This document shows positions 1 through 9,755 of a stretch of 64,000 bases of DNA, one piece after another. Numbering within the stretch: the stretch's first letter is position 1; each line of letters begins with the position of its first letter. The translations under genes and the position numbers were made by a program. The notes beneath the pieces were generated by a model, which was not told the origin of the DNA, searched no databases, and saw nothing but the letters and a program-made list of their open reading frames with translations. Origin of the DNA: an uncultured bacterium (GTDB lineage Bacteria > Zixibacteria > MSB-5A5 > CAIYYT01); NCBI GenBank assembly GCA_963726455.1, contig CAVSCK010000005.1:603841-667840 (forward strand), given 5' to 3'.

Positions 1-1
1 C

Positions 2-1759
2 GGTTTCATGAACATGTCGGGACACATATTCCGATTGGCGGCGACGGCGTTGACTTATGTGGCGTTTATCGCGATTGGGATGCGGCAGCCGTTCGAGCTA
101 TTGTGGTATAGCTTGCGACAGAAGGAAAAACAGCTCGAAGACTTCAACCGCACGCTGGCCCAGAGGGTGGCGGAACGTACCAGGGAATTGGAGGATGCCA
201 ACGCCCAACTGACCGCAGAAATTCGCCAGCGGGAAACAGCTGAACGAGCGTTGACGGTATCGGAAACGAAGTATCGGTCGCTATTCGAAAATGCGGACGA
301 GGCGATATTTGTAGTTCAGCAGGATCGCATCAAGTTTCCCAATCCCAAGACGCTCAAGATGTCGGGTCTGAATGTTGGTGAGTTGGAGAAGACTGACTTC
401 ACCTGTTTGGTACATGCCAGGGATCGAGAAGAATTCCTGGGCAAATATCGTCGGATGCCGCAGAGTGGTGAAGTGCCGGAGTTCATGCCGTTTAGAATCG
501 TAAACAAAGAAGGTTCGGAATTGTGGGTGCAACTGACGACCGCACCCATCACCTGGGAAGGCGAGCCGGGTACGCTCTGTTTTCTCAACGACATCTCCAA
601 AGAGAAGCTGATGGAAGAGCAGTTTATGCAGGCGCAGAAGATGGAAGCGGTAGGACGGCTGGCGGGAGGAATTGCGCATGACTTCAATAATATGCTGTCG
701 GTGATTAACGGCTTTGCGGAACTGGGAATGGAATCATTGCCGGAGTCAGATCCGGTGAAAGACAAGTTGCGCGACATCCTTGGCGCCGGCGAGCGGGCGG
801 CCGCGTTGACCCAGCAATTACTGGCTTTCAGCCGCAAACAGGTATTGACTCCGGAGGTAATTGACCTGAACGAGCAGGTCAGAGGTATTGAGTTGATGCT
901 GAAACGTTTGATCGGCGAAGATATCGAGCTGGCAATAACCTCGACAGCCGATCTCTGGCGAACCAAGGCGGACCCGGGGCAGATTCAGCAGATTATCATG
1001 AATCTGGCGGTCAATGCGCGAGATGCCATGCCGCAAGGGGGCAAACTCACGATTGAAACACACAATGTTGAGTTTGATGATGAATACGTGCGAAGACATG
1101 TCGAGACCAGGCCGGGAGCCTGGGTGCTCTTGGCGGTGTCCGACAACGGCTGCGGTATGGACAAAGAGACGATGTCCAAGGTGTTCGAACCGTTCTTTAC
1201 GACCAAGGAACGCGGCAAGGGAACGGGGTTGGGGTTGGCGACTGTCTACGGAATCGTCAAGCAGAGCGGCGGGCACGTAGGCGTTTACAGTGAATTGGGT
1301 GTAGGGTCGACGTTCAAGATCTACTTCCCAAGAGTCGACGATGCTCCACGCGTAAAGAAAGCGGCGGCGCCGTCTCTCAGACCGGGCGCCGGACAGAATA
1401 TTCTGGTTGTCGATGATGACGATGCCGTTCGCCGGCTGGTGACAAAGATCCTTGAAAAGGGCAAGTATAAGGTTTTCGAAGCGCGGGACGGCGAAGAAGC
1501 GCTACGTCTGTATGCGAATGAAGCCGCTGAAATTGAACTGCTATTGACAGATATGGTAATGCCGCGCATGGGCGGGTACGACGTTGCCAGACAGTTATGC
1601 AAGAAGCAGCCGTCGCTCAAAGTGTTGTTCATGTCGGGCTACACGGATTCGGCCGTATATCACAATGGATTCCTCCAACACAGCGCACAATTCATTCAGA
1701 AGCCGTTCGGCGCAGCGCAACTGTTGGTGAAGGTGCAGGAAGTGCTGGGGATAGAATGA
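2..1759 (+). CDS. Hybrid sensor histidine kinase (membrane end resembling MASE3, PAS, HisKA, HATPase, REC); 5' end outside window
   Basis: H-box AGGIAHDFNN, N-box NLAVNARDAM, G-boxes DNGCGM and GTGLGL, C-terminal receiver (VDDD...LTDMVMP...QKPF). Frame is open to the window edge. Confidence 0.93.
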   Translation, partial: GFMNMSGHIFRLAATALTYVAFIAIGMRQPFELLWYSLRQKEKQLEDFNRTLAQRVAERTRELEDANAQLTAEIRQRETAERALTVSETKYRSLFENADEAIFVVQQDRIKFPNPKTLKMSGLNVGELEKTDFTCLVHARDREEFLGKYRRMPQSGEVPEFMPFRIVNKEGSELWVQLTTAPITWEGEPGTLCFLNDISKEKLMEEQFMQAQKMEAVGRLAGGIAHDFNNMLSVINGFAELGMESLPESDPVKDKLRDILGAGERAAALTQQLLAFSRKQVLTPEVIDLNEQVRGIELMLKRLIGEDIELAITSTADLWRTKADPGQIQQIIMNLAVNARDAMPQGGKLTIETHNVEFDDEYVRRHVETRPGAWVLLAVSDNGCGMDKETMSKVFEPFFTTKERGKGTGLGLATVYGIVKQSGGHVGVYSELGVGSTFKIYFPRVDDAPRVKKAAAPSLRPGAGQNILVVDDDDAVRRLVTKILEKGKYKVFEARDGEEALRLYANEAAEIELLLTDMVMPRMGGYDVARQLCKKQPSLKVLFMSGYTDSAVYHNGFLQHSAQFIQKPFGAAQLLVKVQEVLGIE

Positions 1760-1771
1760 AGGCGGGGCCAG

Positions 1772-2128
1772 ATGAGTACACTAAGCATCAGTGTTCTGGT
1801 TCTGACGGGCGTACTCGCCCTTCACCTGCTTGAAGAAATTCGGACGGGATTTCGAAAGAAGTTCCCACTGGGGGAAATGCCCCTGACATTTTTCGTGATC
1901 GTCAATATCTGTGTCTATGCCTATGCCCTGTTAACTGCCTACTTGTGTGCGACCCATGTTGAAGCGGGGATTCTGATGGCCTGGATTTTCGCGGTACTCA
2001 TGCTGGGTAACGCCCTTCTGCATATCGGAATAATGGCCGTCAAACGGGTATACTTCCCGGGCGGATATAGTGCTTTCGTGGTTCTGGCTGCCGCCGTGAA
2101 TCTGGCCTATCAATTGGGTCGCACCTAA
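1772..2128 (+). CDS. HXXEE-domain membrane protein
   Basis: LHLLEE motif, four hydrophobic segments, YFPG near the C-terminus. Confidence 0.75.
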   Translation: MSTLSISVLVLTGVLALHLLEEIRTGFRKKFPLGEMPLTFFVIVNICVYAYALLTAYLCATHVEAGILMAWIFAVLMLGNALLHIGIMAVKRVYFPGGYSAFVVLAAAVNLAYQLGRT

Positions 2129-2141
2129 GCCGAAGATCTGA

Positions 2142-2978
2142 TCACTCGACGTGTTTTTCCGGTTTGACTTCAAGACGTTGCGGTGCTTGATCAAGGTCCC
2201 GTTTTCTTAATTGCTTTACATATTCGATTTCGCGCAACGTGCGATTGCGGCGCAGGCGACGGTGATTGTCAAGTTTTGTCCGGATATCCTGCCCCGATAT
2301 CGGAACCCGTATGACGCCATCGGCTCCGGCGGCGACCAGCATCTCCTCCAACGCGAGAGTCGGATATTTTTCCAGAAAGAAGACCGGTACATGTGGGCAG
2401 GCCGATTTTACTTTCAGTAGCAGGTTCATTCCCGAGGTACCCGGGAGTTCGCGCTCAGTAATAAATACATCAATACGATGCGTCTCAAGAAATAACGGAA
2501 GCGCTGCCGGCGATTCCACGATTGCAGTCTTGTATCCTTCACGTGTCAATGACGCCGCCAGTGCTTCGGCCTGCAGCGTCGTAGAGAGCGCGATGGCAAC
2601 CATCCCTTTGCCGGATTCCAGCACCGTCTGCACGCGATTCAGAAGATTCTCGCGATTGTACGGCTTTATGATGTAATCGCGGGCGCCGAGAAATATTCCC
2701 TGGGTGACCGACTGAACGTCGGCGCAGCCGGTGCAGAAGACAAGTGGGACATTGGCAAAGCGAAGATTGCTCGACATGAACTTGAGAAGCTCGAAACCAT
2801 CCTCCCCTGGCATTTTGATATCGCAGAGAATGAGAGTGATATCGACGCCCCGTTGGAAGACGTCAATTGCGCCTCTGACCGACGTAGCGGTCACAACCTT
2901 GAAGCCGTCGCTCGATAGCAGCCGTTCGGCTGACGTCAGCTCGGTGGTTTCATCGTCAACAACCAGTATTGTCATCAT
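2142..2978 (-). CDS. Response regulator with two tandem receiver domains (second degenerate) and no recognisable output domain
   Basis: ILVVDDE...LCDIKMPGEDG...IKPY first REC; second REC-like unit FITERELPGTSG...RVP. Confidence 0.8.
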   Translation of the reverse strand: MMTILVVDDETTELTSAERLLSSDGFKVVTATSVRGAIDVFQRGVDITLILCDIKMPGEDGFELLKFMSSNLRFANVPLVFCTGCADVQSVTQGIFLGARDYIIKPYNRENLLNRVQTVLESGKGMVAIALSTTLQAEALAASLTREGYKTAIVESPAALPLFLETHRIDVFITERELPGTSGMNLLLKVKSACPHVPVFFLEKYPTLALEEMLVAAGADGVIRVPISGQDIRTKLDNHRRLRRNRTLREIEYVKQLRKRDLDQAPQRLEVKPEKHVE

Positions 2979-3311
2979 AATTTCCGCGACAGCAGCCGGT
3001 TGCGAGGAACTGCGTAGTCAACGTAGACTGGCGTCCGATTGCAGCAACCCCGGTACTGTCTTAGTGATCCTCTGATACAGGATGTGATTTATGGCACGGT
3101 TGCTGCGTTTGTCTATGTCGCAGACATCGAGACCCAACCCTGCTATGGCTTATGTATCGGAAGAGTCACTGACAGAACTTGTCAGTGGAAAACGCGGTTT
3201 TGGAAAAGATCCGAATTCTTTGCCTGCCGGCGTGTTTCAAAACGACGAGATCTGGGCGGAAATTGTTCCACTTAGAATCGTTTGTCCTGCCGGACAGGAT
3301 GATTGCCGCGG

Positions 3312-3339
3312 TTGACAACGTGTACCGTTCCTGTATATT
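3312..3339 (+). promoter_or_regulatory. sigma70-type promoter upstream of miaB
   Basis: TTGACA-N16-TATATT. Confidence 0.55.
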
Positions 3340-3447
3340 ATCAGACTGTCAGGAGCCCTCGGAGGCGCGGTGGGAGTATAGCAGAGTCTGATGTGGTGGA
3401 ATTCGGCCGAGGGTATAACTCGACAGTGATCGGGCTCCTGACCTACA
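3340..3447. other. Structured element in the miaB leader (GTAG-tagged REP-like hairpin with large loop, or cis-regulatory RNA)
   Basis: Perfect 11-bp inverted repeat GTCAGGAGCCC (3348-3358) / GGGCTCCTGAC (3432-3442) followed by CTAC (GTAG on minus strand); further alternative pairings inside. Confidence 0.5.
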
Positions 3448-3460
3448 TAGGCGCGAGAGT

Positions 3461-4792
3461 ATGAGCGAGAAAGTCAATACCAACGGCAAACGGCAGAAGG
3501 TCTATCTTGAGACCTACGGCTGCCAGATGAACGAATACGATACCGAGATCATTCGGACGATCCTGGAGCGCAACGATTTTGATTTTGCGGAGACTCCGGA
3601 AGATGCCGGAGTAATTCTGCTTAACACCTGCTCGGTACGGGAGAACGCGCACGAGCGGGTTCAGGCGCGTATCGCAACACTAAAGCAGCTCAAGAAGCAG
3701 AAAGCGGATTTGATCATCGGCGTGCTGGGCTGCATGGCACAGAATCTGAAGAAGTCGCTGCTCGAGGAGAACTCGGGAATCGATCTGATCGTCGGGCCGG
3801 ACAACTATAAGACGTTACCGATAATGATCAACCGCGTGCACGAAACCGGCGAGAAGGAATTCGCGCTGTCGTTGTCGGAATATGAGGATTATGCCGACGT
3901 GTTCCCCACCAACCGACAGGGCATCAATGCCTGGCTGGCGGTGATGCGCGGCTGCGACAATTACTGCACGTTTTGTGTGGTGCCCTACGTACGCGGGCAC
4001 GAGCGAAGCCGCGATCCACATAATGTAGTCGAAGAAGCGGGACAACTTGTCGCGCAGGGCTTCAAGCAAGTGACGCTGTTGGGACAGAATGTCAATTCCT
4101 ACAAGTTTGACGGATTTGATTTCGCCCAGCTGGTTGCGGCGGTGAGCCGGGTCGAGGGAATCGAACGGATCAGGTTTACGTCGCCGCATCCGAAAGACTT
4201 TCCGGAGACGTTGATTGCAGTCGTGCGCGACAATCCGAAAGCGTGCAAGCATATCCATCTGCCGCTGCAGGCGGGGAGCAGCCGGATTCTGGATTTGATG
4301 AAACGCACTTACACGCGCGAGGAATACGTGGCGCTGGCGAAACGGTTGCGCGACACGATACCGGGATTGATATTGACGACAGATATAATTGTGGGATTTC
4401 CGACCGAGACAGATGAGGAGTATCAGGAGACTCTTGAGGTTATGCGCGAGGTGGAATTCGATTCGGCGTTTATGTTCGCCTATTCCGAGCGCAAGGGAAC
4501 TCCGGCGGCGAAATACTATCCTGATGACATTTCCGACGAAATCAAGTCGGAGCGGATGGTGAAGCTGGTCGATCAACAGCGGCAGATATCTTTCAGACGT
4601 AATCAGTCGCACCTAGGGCAGACATTCGAGGTCTTGGTCGAGGGCACGGCCAAGAAACCGACACAGTTGATGGGGCGCAACGACGGCAACAAGATCGTTG
4701 TGTTCACCGATACCGGCGCCATGCCGGGTGAGTTTGTCCGGGTGAAAATCAACGAAGTAACGCCGAATACGTTGATCGGAGAAGCGGTGTAA
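3461..4792 (+). CDS. miaB: tRNA-2-methylthio-N6-dimethylallyladenosine synthase MiaB
   Basis: TYGCQMN, NTCSVRENA, radical SAM CDNYCTFC, C-terminal TRAM. Confidence 0.95.
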   Translation: MSEKVNTNGKRQKVYLETYGCQMNEYDTEIIRTILERNDFDFAETPEDAGVILLNTCSVRENAHERVQARIATLKQLKKQKADLIIGVLGCMAQNLKKSLLEENSGIDLIVGPDNYKTLPIMINRVHETGEKEFALSLSEYEDYADVFPTNRQGINAWLAVMRGCDNYCTFCVVPYVRGHERSRDPHNVVEEAGQLVAQGFKQVTLLGQNVNSYKFDGFDFAQLVAAVSRVEGIERIRFTSPHPKDFPETLIAVVRDNPKACKHIHLPLQAGSSRILDLMKRTYTREEYVALAKRLRDTIPGLILTTDIIVGFPTETDEEYQETLEVMREVEFDSAFMFAYSERKGTPAAKYYPDDISDEIKSERMVKLVDQQRQISFRRNQSHLGQTFEVLVEGTAKKPTQLMGRNDGNKIVVFTDTGAMPGEFVRVKINEVTPNTLIGEAV

Positions 4793-4901
4793 GCGTAGAC
4801 ACCCCCCAGAAACCGTTTGACAAAAACTGTTGCTGCTCCGTTTTGGTCGTCTTTATTTATGGACGTACCATAAATCCCAAGGGTGGAGGAAACGGAATGC
4901 A

Positions 4902-5381
4902 ATGCAGAATGAGATCATTCCCAAATCACAACTGAAGTCGTTTATCAGACGGCTGAAGGCGGCGAAGAAGAAGATCGTTTTTACCAACGGCGTGTTTGAC
5001 ATTTTGCACGCCGGGCATGTGGACTATCTCACGCGCGCCAGGAAACTTGGGGACGTGCTGATCGTCGGGCTCAATACCGATGCCTCGGTGCAGATGAACA
5101 AAGGCAAGCAGCGCCCGATCGTTCCCTACAAATATCGCGCCAAGATGCTGGTGGCTTTACGGGCGGTTGATTATGTCGTGCCGCTGGAAGACAAAACGCC
5201 GGAAAAGCTGATCGAATTGATCGCGCCCGATGTGCTGGTTAAAGGCGCTGACTACAAAGTTCTCGCGATAGTCGGTTCGGACTTCGTGCGGGAGCGAGGC
5301 GGAAAAGTCGTCCGGATGAAACTGGTGAAAGGTTTATCGACCAGCGGGATTGTGGAGAAAATTCGGAAGACACCTAAGTAG
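4902..5381 (+). CDS. rfaE2: D-glycero-beta-D-manno-heptose 1-phosphate adenylyltransferase
   Basis: FTNGVFDILHAGH, GLNTDASV, PDVLVKGADY, GLSTS. Start moved to ATG 4902. Confidence 0.9.
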   Translation: MQNEIIPKSQLKSFIRRLKAAKKKIVFTNGVFDILHAGHVDYLTRARKLGDVLIVGLNTDASVQMNKGKQRPIVPYKYRAKMLVALRAVDYVVPLEDKTPEKLIELIAPDVLVKGADYKVLAIVGSDFVRERGGKVVRMKLVKGLSTSGIVEKIRKTPK

Positions 5382-5420
5382 CCCCTGAAAACAGTCATTT
5401 CGCCTGGAAAGGTCGCGTCA

Positions 5421-5464
5421 CCCCACTTGCCCCCAACCCCCTCCCATGGCGCGGAAGGGGGAGG
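5421..5464. repeat. C-rich/G-rich palindromic REP-like element (CCCCCAACCCCCTCCC...GGAAGGGGGAG)
   Basis: Same layout as 20005-20046; lies between convergent genes. Confidence 0.5.
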
Positions 5465-5542
5465 TTCAGAATTGGAGCATCTTTAGTTGCTCGATAGAGC
5501 GGTGAGGGAGCCCCGTCCGCCCGCCCTGGTATTCTTCCACTG

Positions 5543-6247
5543 CTACCTGGCACCCACGGCCTGATGAGTCTTGGCGAAGGCGCAGGCCTGATCAACTTCA
5601 GTCTTGAATTGATCGTAATTGACCTGCAGGCCATTAATGTAGGCGCTCCAGCCGTTGGCGTCCTTGGCGACATGCATGGCGTCTTCGATCTCGGCGTCAG
5701 TGGCGCCCGCGAGCTTGGCCATCTGCGTGTGATAATACGTGCAGTAGCGACATTTCAGCGTGCCTGCGACCGCGACCCCGATCAATTCGCGGTACTTGTC
5801 AGGAACCGCACCCGGCGTCGTTCCCATGTGCTTGAACAACGCCCATTCGAGAGACAACTCATCATCCGGCATGTAAGTGAAGAAGCTGGGAACCTCCCCA
5901 AAGGTCGCTTTCATGTCGGCATAGACCTGGTCGCGCGTCATGGTGTTTGTACCCGAGTTATTGATATTGGCATTGCCCGACATTACGGTCGTGTAAGCCG
6001 CGCTCCACATCCTGGCGGCACCGGCCGGATCGGCCACTGCCATTTGATGGCACTTGTCGGAGCAGCAGGCGTACTGCTTGCCGTTGTAAGTGAAGTATTG
6101 AGTAGACGCGCTGGGAACGAACACCTTACCGCAACCGCAGACCGCTACGGAATTGGCCGCCTTCGGTTCGGCGGACGCCGCGGTTGTCGAGATCATGATT
6201 GCCATTAAGGCAAGCATGAGAGAAAGAATGACAGCTTTGCGAAGCAT
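5543..6247 (-). CDS. Secreted fusion: signal peptide, YHS/TRASH-like Cys motif domain, carboxymuconolactone decarboxylase/AhpD-like domain
   Basis: Signal MLRKAVILSLMLALMAIMISTTAASA; CGCG...YACCSDKC; KYRELIGVAVA...KCRYCTYYH...GATDAEI. Confidence 0.8.
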   Translation of the reverse strand: MLRKAVILSLMLALMAIMISTTAASAEPKAANSVAVCGCGKVFVPSASTQYFTYNGKQYACCSDKCHQMAVADPAGAARMWSAAYTTVMSGNANINNSGTNTMTRDQVYADMKATFGEVPSFFTYMPDDELSLEWALFKHMGTTPGAVPDKYRELIGVAVAGTLKCRYCTYYHTQMAKLAGATDAEIEDAMHVAKDANGWSAYINGLQVNYDQFKTEVDQACAFAKTHQAVGAR

Positions 6248-6708
6248 ACATCCTCCGTGGTGGAAAGATTTTGAACGTGAACTGATCAGTATTCATAACG
6301 AAACCGACCTCTTTATTTTCATTCTCCGGCTGCTGCCGGAAAACCAACTATGTAGATCAAAATAGACTATGTTAGTACGCTGGAAGTAACATCCATTGTT
6401 TGCGGAATTGTTCGCCAAGCACTCACAGACGGCAAACTAGATTCCCCGAAAGAGCACAGGCCCGTCCGGCAAACTATGGTCGAAGGATCATGCGACCGGT
6501 TCGAAGGAGATCACAGGCAGACCGGTTGGGGTAATCGAGATTTTGTGGAGCGCCGATTTGCCTAAATTGAGAAGCGAGGTTGGGCGACGGCTCAAGCCGC
6601 CAATTGCTTTTTTCTCTTGACCTATCGTAGCAGGTTTAGGTATTGTCCCCCCGTGGCTGACAATTCCAGGGGCTAGTAATAAGCATTTAACAAGGCAGAA
6701 GACAGGGT

Positions 6709-7794
6709 ATGATACAGCGAATAAAGAAACTCCAGGCGCTACTGGCGGCGAACAATCTTGATTGTCTGCTGCTTCATGAGTTCGAGCAGTCAAAATCGGC
6801 ACAGATTAGATACCTGTGCGGGTATACCGGCGACAACGCACTGTTGGTCGTGCTCGCCCATGAAGCGATTTTGATCACCGACTTCCGGTACAAGACACAG
6901 ATTGCCAAGGAAGTCAAGGGCACCAAGAAGATAATTGCGGCGCAGAGCTTGTTTGGCGAACTGGCCAAGCTTAAGCACCTGACAGCCAAGAACCTGCGAA
7001 TCGGCTATTTGGATGAATACTTGCCGGCAAAGATGATCGGTATGATCAAGAAGCAACTGCCGGATTGCCTGCTGGTGCCGACCACCGGACTGGTCGAATC
7101 GATTGCGATTGTCAAGGACGCCGAGGAAATTGAAGCGTTGAAAAAGGCCGTCGAGATTGCCGACGTGGCCTTTGAACGGATTCTTCAGATCATTCGTCCG
7201 GGAATTTCGGAACTCGACGTCTGCGCCGAGCTGGAGTATCAGATGAAGATGTTGGGATCGTCGGATCCGGCATTTGAAACTCTCATTAACTCCGGCTGGC
7301 GTTCCGCGATGCCTCACGGGCGCGCCTCGGCCAAGAAGATCAAGAACGGCGAGCTCGTAACTCTTGATTTTGGAGCCGTTTACGGCGGGTATCACTCCGA
7401 CATGACGCGGACAGTTTCAGTTGGAAAAGCCGATGCCAGACAAAAGAAGATCTATAACCTCGTATTAAAGGCGCAGATAGCCGGTTGCAAGAAGGCACGC
7501 GCCGGTTTGGGAGGTCCTGATGTCGATAAGGTCGCACGTGACATTATCAGTAAGGCCGGGTACGGCAAGCAGTTCGGACATGGGCTGGGGCACGGCATCG
7601 GGCTGTTGATCCACGAGGGACCGCGGCTGTCGCCGTTGTCTGCCGATATCCTCAAGCCCAACATGGTGGTGACGGTTGAGCCGGGTATATATATTGAGGG
7701 CTGGGGTGGTGTTCGCATCGAGGATGATGTAGTCATCACCAAAAGCGGTTGTCGCATACTGAACAAGGCCGAAAAGCGGCTAATTGAGCTGTAA
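6709..7794 (+). CDS. Xaa-Pro aminopeptidase (M24B family)
   Basis: DFGAVYGGYHSDMTRT, GHGLGHGIGLLIHEGP, TVEPGIY, GVRIEDD. Confidence 0.93.
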   Translation: MIQRIKKLQALLAANNLDCLLLHEFEQSKSAQIRYLCGYTGDNALLVVLAHEAILITDFRYKTQIAKEVKGTKKIIAAQSLFGELAKLKHLTAKNLRIGYLDEYLPAKMIGMIKKQLPDCLLVPTTGLVESIAIVKDAEEIEALKKAVEIADVAFERILQIIRPGISELDVCAELEYQMKMLGSSDPAFETLINSGWRSAMPHGRASAKKIKNGELVTLDFGAVYGGYHSDMTRTVSVGKADARQKKIYNLVLKAQIAGCKKARAGLGGPDVDKVARDIISKAGYGKQFGHGLGHGIGLLIHEGPRLSPLSADILKPNMVVTVEPGIYIEGWGGVRIEDDVVITKSGCRILNKAEKRLIEL

Positions 7795-7854
7795 CTTTTT
7801 TAGGAAATTATTCGATAATTGGAGTAGGGTTCACAGACCCCATAAAACGAACCA

Positions 7855-8361
7855 ATGAGAGAAAAAACTATCCGGAAGCTGGTGAAATTGGTCGAAGAGG
7901 CTGAAATCGAATCATTGACCGTGCAGAGCTGGTGGACGAAAGTTCAGATCATCAAGAAGGGGAGTATGGGGAGTAACGGCAGTTCGCCGGAATCGACAAT
8001 CACGATTCCACGCGGTGCCGGGAGATCGACTCTAACTCCCGCCGAGGTTGTTGCCACAGCCCCGGTTACGCAACCGGTATCACAGCCAGTCAGTGCGCCG
8101 ACAGCCGGCAAATCCACGGGCGGCAAGGAAATCAAGTCGCCGATGGTGGGAACGTTCTACACCTCGCCCGAACCCGCAGCGCCGCCGTTTGTTGAAGTCG
8201 GCCAGCGGGTTAAGAAGGGGCAGACCGTGTGCATTATCGAAGCGATGAAGTTGATGAACGAAATCGAGTCGGAGTACGACGGTGTCGTGAAAGAACGTCT
8301 GGTGGAAAATGCCCAGCCGGTTGAATTTGGTCAGATTCTTTTCACGGTGGAGCCCTCCTAG
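7855..8361 (+). CDS. accB: Biotin carboxyl carrier protein of acetyl-CoA carboxylase
   Basis: [17 protein letters not shown] biotinylation motif. Confidence 0.95.
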   Translation: MREKTIRKLVKLVEEAEIESLTVQSWWTKVQIIKKGSMGSNGSSPESTITIPRGAGRSTLTPAEVVATAPVTQPVSQPVSAPTAGKSTGGKEIKSPMVGTFYTSPEPAAPPFVEVGQRVKKGQTVCIIEAMKLMNEIESEYDGVVKERLVENAQPVEFGQILFTVEPS

Positions 8362-8399
8362 GCCATCGGGTTTCCGGGCAACTCAAGGGAGACGACAGC

Positions 8400-9518
8400 A
8401 TGAACCTGCGTGAAATGCTGGTGGAGATGCAGCGCCAGGTTGCCTCCGACCTTCACCTGCGGGTGGGGATCAAACCGAGTCTAAGAGTTCACGGCAAACT
8501 TCTTACGCTCAACACCGATCCAATCACAAAGGACGGGATGAACGAAATCATCTCACAAATCCTGTCGCCGGAACAGCAGAAACGATTTAACGCACGCAGC
8601 GAAATGGATCTGGCCCTGTCGGTCTCCAAGCTGGGGCGTTTCCGTATCAATATGTATCGCCAGCGAGGAACATCTGGTATCGCGATTCGTGCGGTCAACA
8701 CTTCGGTGCCTACATTCGAGCAGCTTAATCTGCCCGATACGATCAAGAACATCTGCGAAGCCGCTCGTGGACTGGTGATTGTCACCGGAACCACCGGTTC
8801 GGGCAAGTCGACGACGTTGGCGGCGATGATCGAGCAAATCAACTCGACGCGGTCGGAGAATATCATGACTATCGAGGACCCGATCGAGTATATCTACAAG
8901 GACAAGAAGTCGGTGATAGCGCAACGTGAAGTCGGCGCTGACACCGAGAGTTTCGGTGCGGCCTTGCGTCACGCCTTCCGTCAGGACCCGGATGTGATTC
9001 TGATCGGAGAAATTCGGGATGCGGAAACGATGTCGATTGCGCTGGCAGCGGCTGACACGGGACATTTGGTGTTAACCACGCTGCATACGATGAACGTGAT
9101 CGAAACGATTTCCCGTATTATTTCGTTCTTCCCGCCGCACCAGCATCAGCAGATCAGATTGCTGCTGGCCGGCACCTTGAAGGCGATTATCTGCCAGCGG
9201 CTGCTGCCGCGTTCGGATCAGGCGGGACGAGTTCCGGCGGTGGAAGTCATGGTGTCGACGGGTGCGATTCGCGATGCGATCGTCGACCCGATGAAGACGC
9301 CGCAGATCATTGAATTTGTCGAGTCAGGCGTGGTACAGTATGGCATGCAGTCGTTTGACCAGTCGATCATGAAGCTGTATCGGCAGGGCGTGATCTCGTA
9401 CGAGGATGCCATGCGCAGCGCCACGAACCCGGACGACTTCGACCTGCGGGTCAAAGGCATTACCGCGGCGTCCGATCAGACATGGAGTTCGATCGGGGCC
9501 ACCGAAAAGAAATATTAG
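8400..9518 (+). CDS. pilT: Type IV pilus retraction ATPase, PilT/PilU family
   Basis: ASDLHL, Walker A GTTGSGKSTT, TIEDPIEY, RQDPDVILIGEIRD, HLVLTTLHT, GMQSFDQ. Confidence 0.88.
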   Translation: MNLREMLVEMQRQVASDLHLRVGIKPSLRVHGKLLTLNTDPITKDGMNEIISQILSPEQQKRFNARSEMDLALSVSKLGRFRINMYRQRGTSGIAIRAVNTSVPTFEQLNLPDTIKNICEAARGLVIVTGTTGSGKSTTLAAMIEQINSTRSENIMTIEDPIEYIYKDKKSVIAQREVGADTESFGAALRHAFRQDPDVILIGEIRDAETMSIALAAADTGHLVLTTLHTMNVIETISRIISFFPPHQHQQIRLLLAGTLKAIICQRLLPRSDQAGRVPAVEVMVSTGAIRDAIVDPMKTPQIIEFVESGVVQYGMQSFDQSIMKLYRQGVISYEDAMRSATNPDDFDLRVKGITAASDQTWSSIGATEKKY

Positions 9519-9755
9519 GCCCCTTGTCTTTAACCCCTCTTCCAGGTGGAGTCGGGGAAAAGATCGCCATAGGAAACCGCGGTTAACGGTGGCAAGTATC
9601 CAAGAGTCTGTTTTGGCTCTGATTCGAGAAAGGGGAGCTACCCTTTCTCGATCGGCTGAAGCCACCGCAATCAGCAAGTGATCTACTATCCCAGTCAACT
9701 TAGTCCAAGAATCTCCTTGAGCAGATGACGCCTTTTCGCTTACTTTATCCAATTT

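Noticed and set aside
3039-3391. Small ORFs between the response regulator and miaB
   Set aside because: Overlapping short frames without RBS or motifs; region contains promoters.
4885-4899. GGAGGAAACGGAATG identical to the pal start region (25300-25314)
   Set aside because: Mostly Shine-Dalgarno plus ATG, and the ATG at 4897 is out of frame with rfaE2; likely coincidence or a local indel.
6428-6510. c-di-GMP-I riboswitch (GGCAAAC...GAAAG...GGCAAACTATGG)
   Set aside because: Lacks the GACGCAAA junction and convincing P1/P2 pairing; only partial word similarity.
9624-9651. 11-bp hairpin TCGAGAAAGGG/CCCTTTCTCGA as the pilT terminator
   Set aside because: No U-tract and about 100 nt from the stop; function cannot be assigned.
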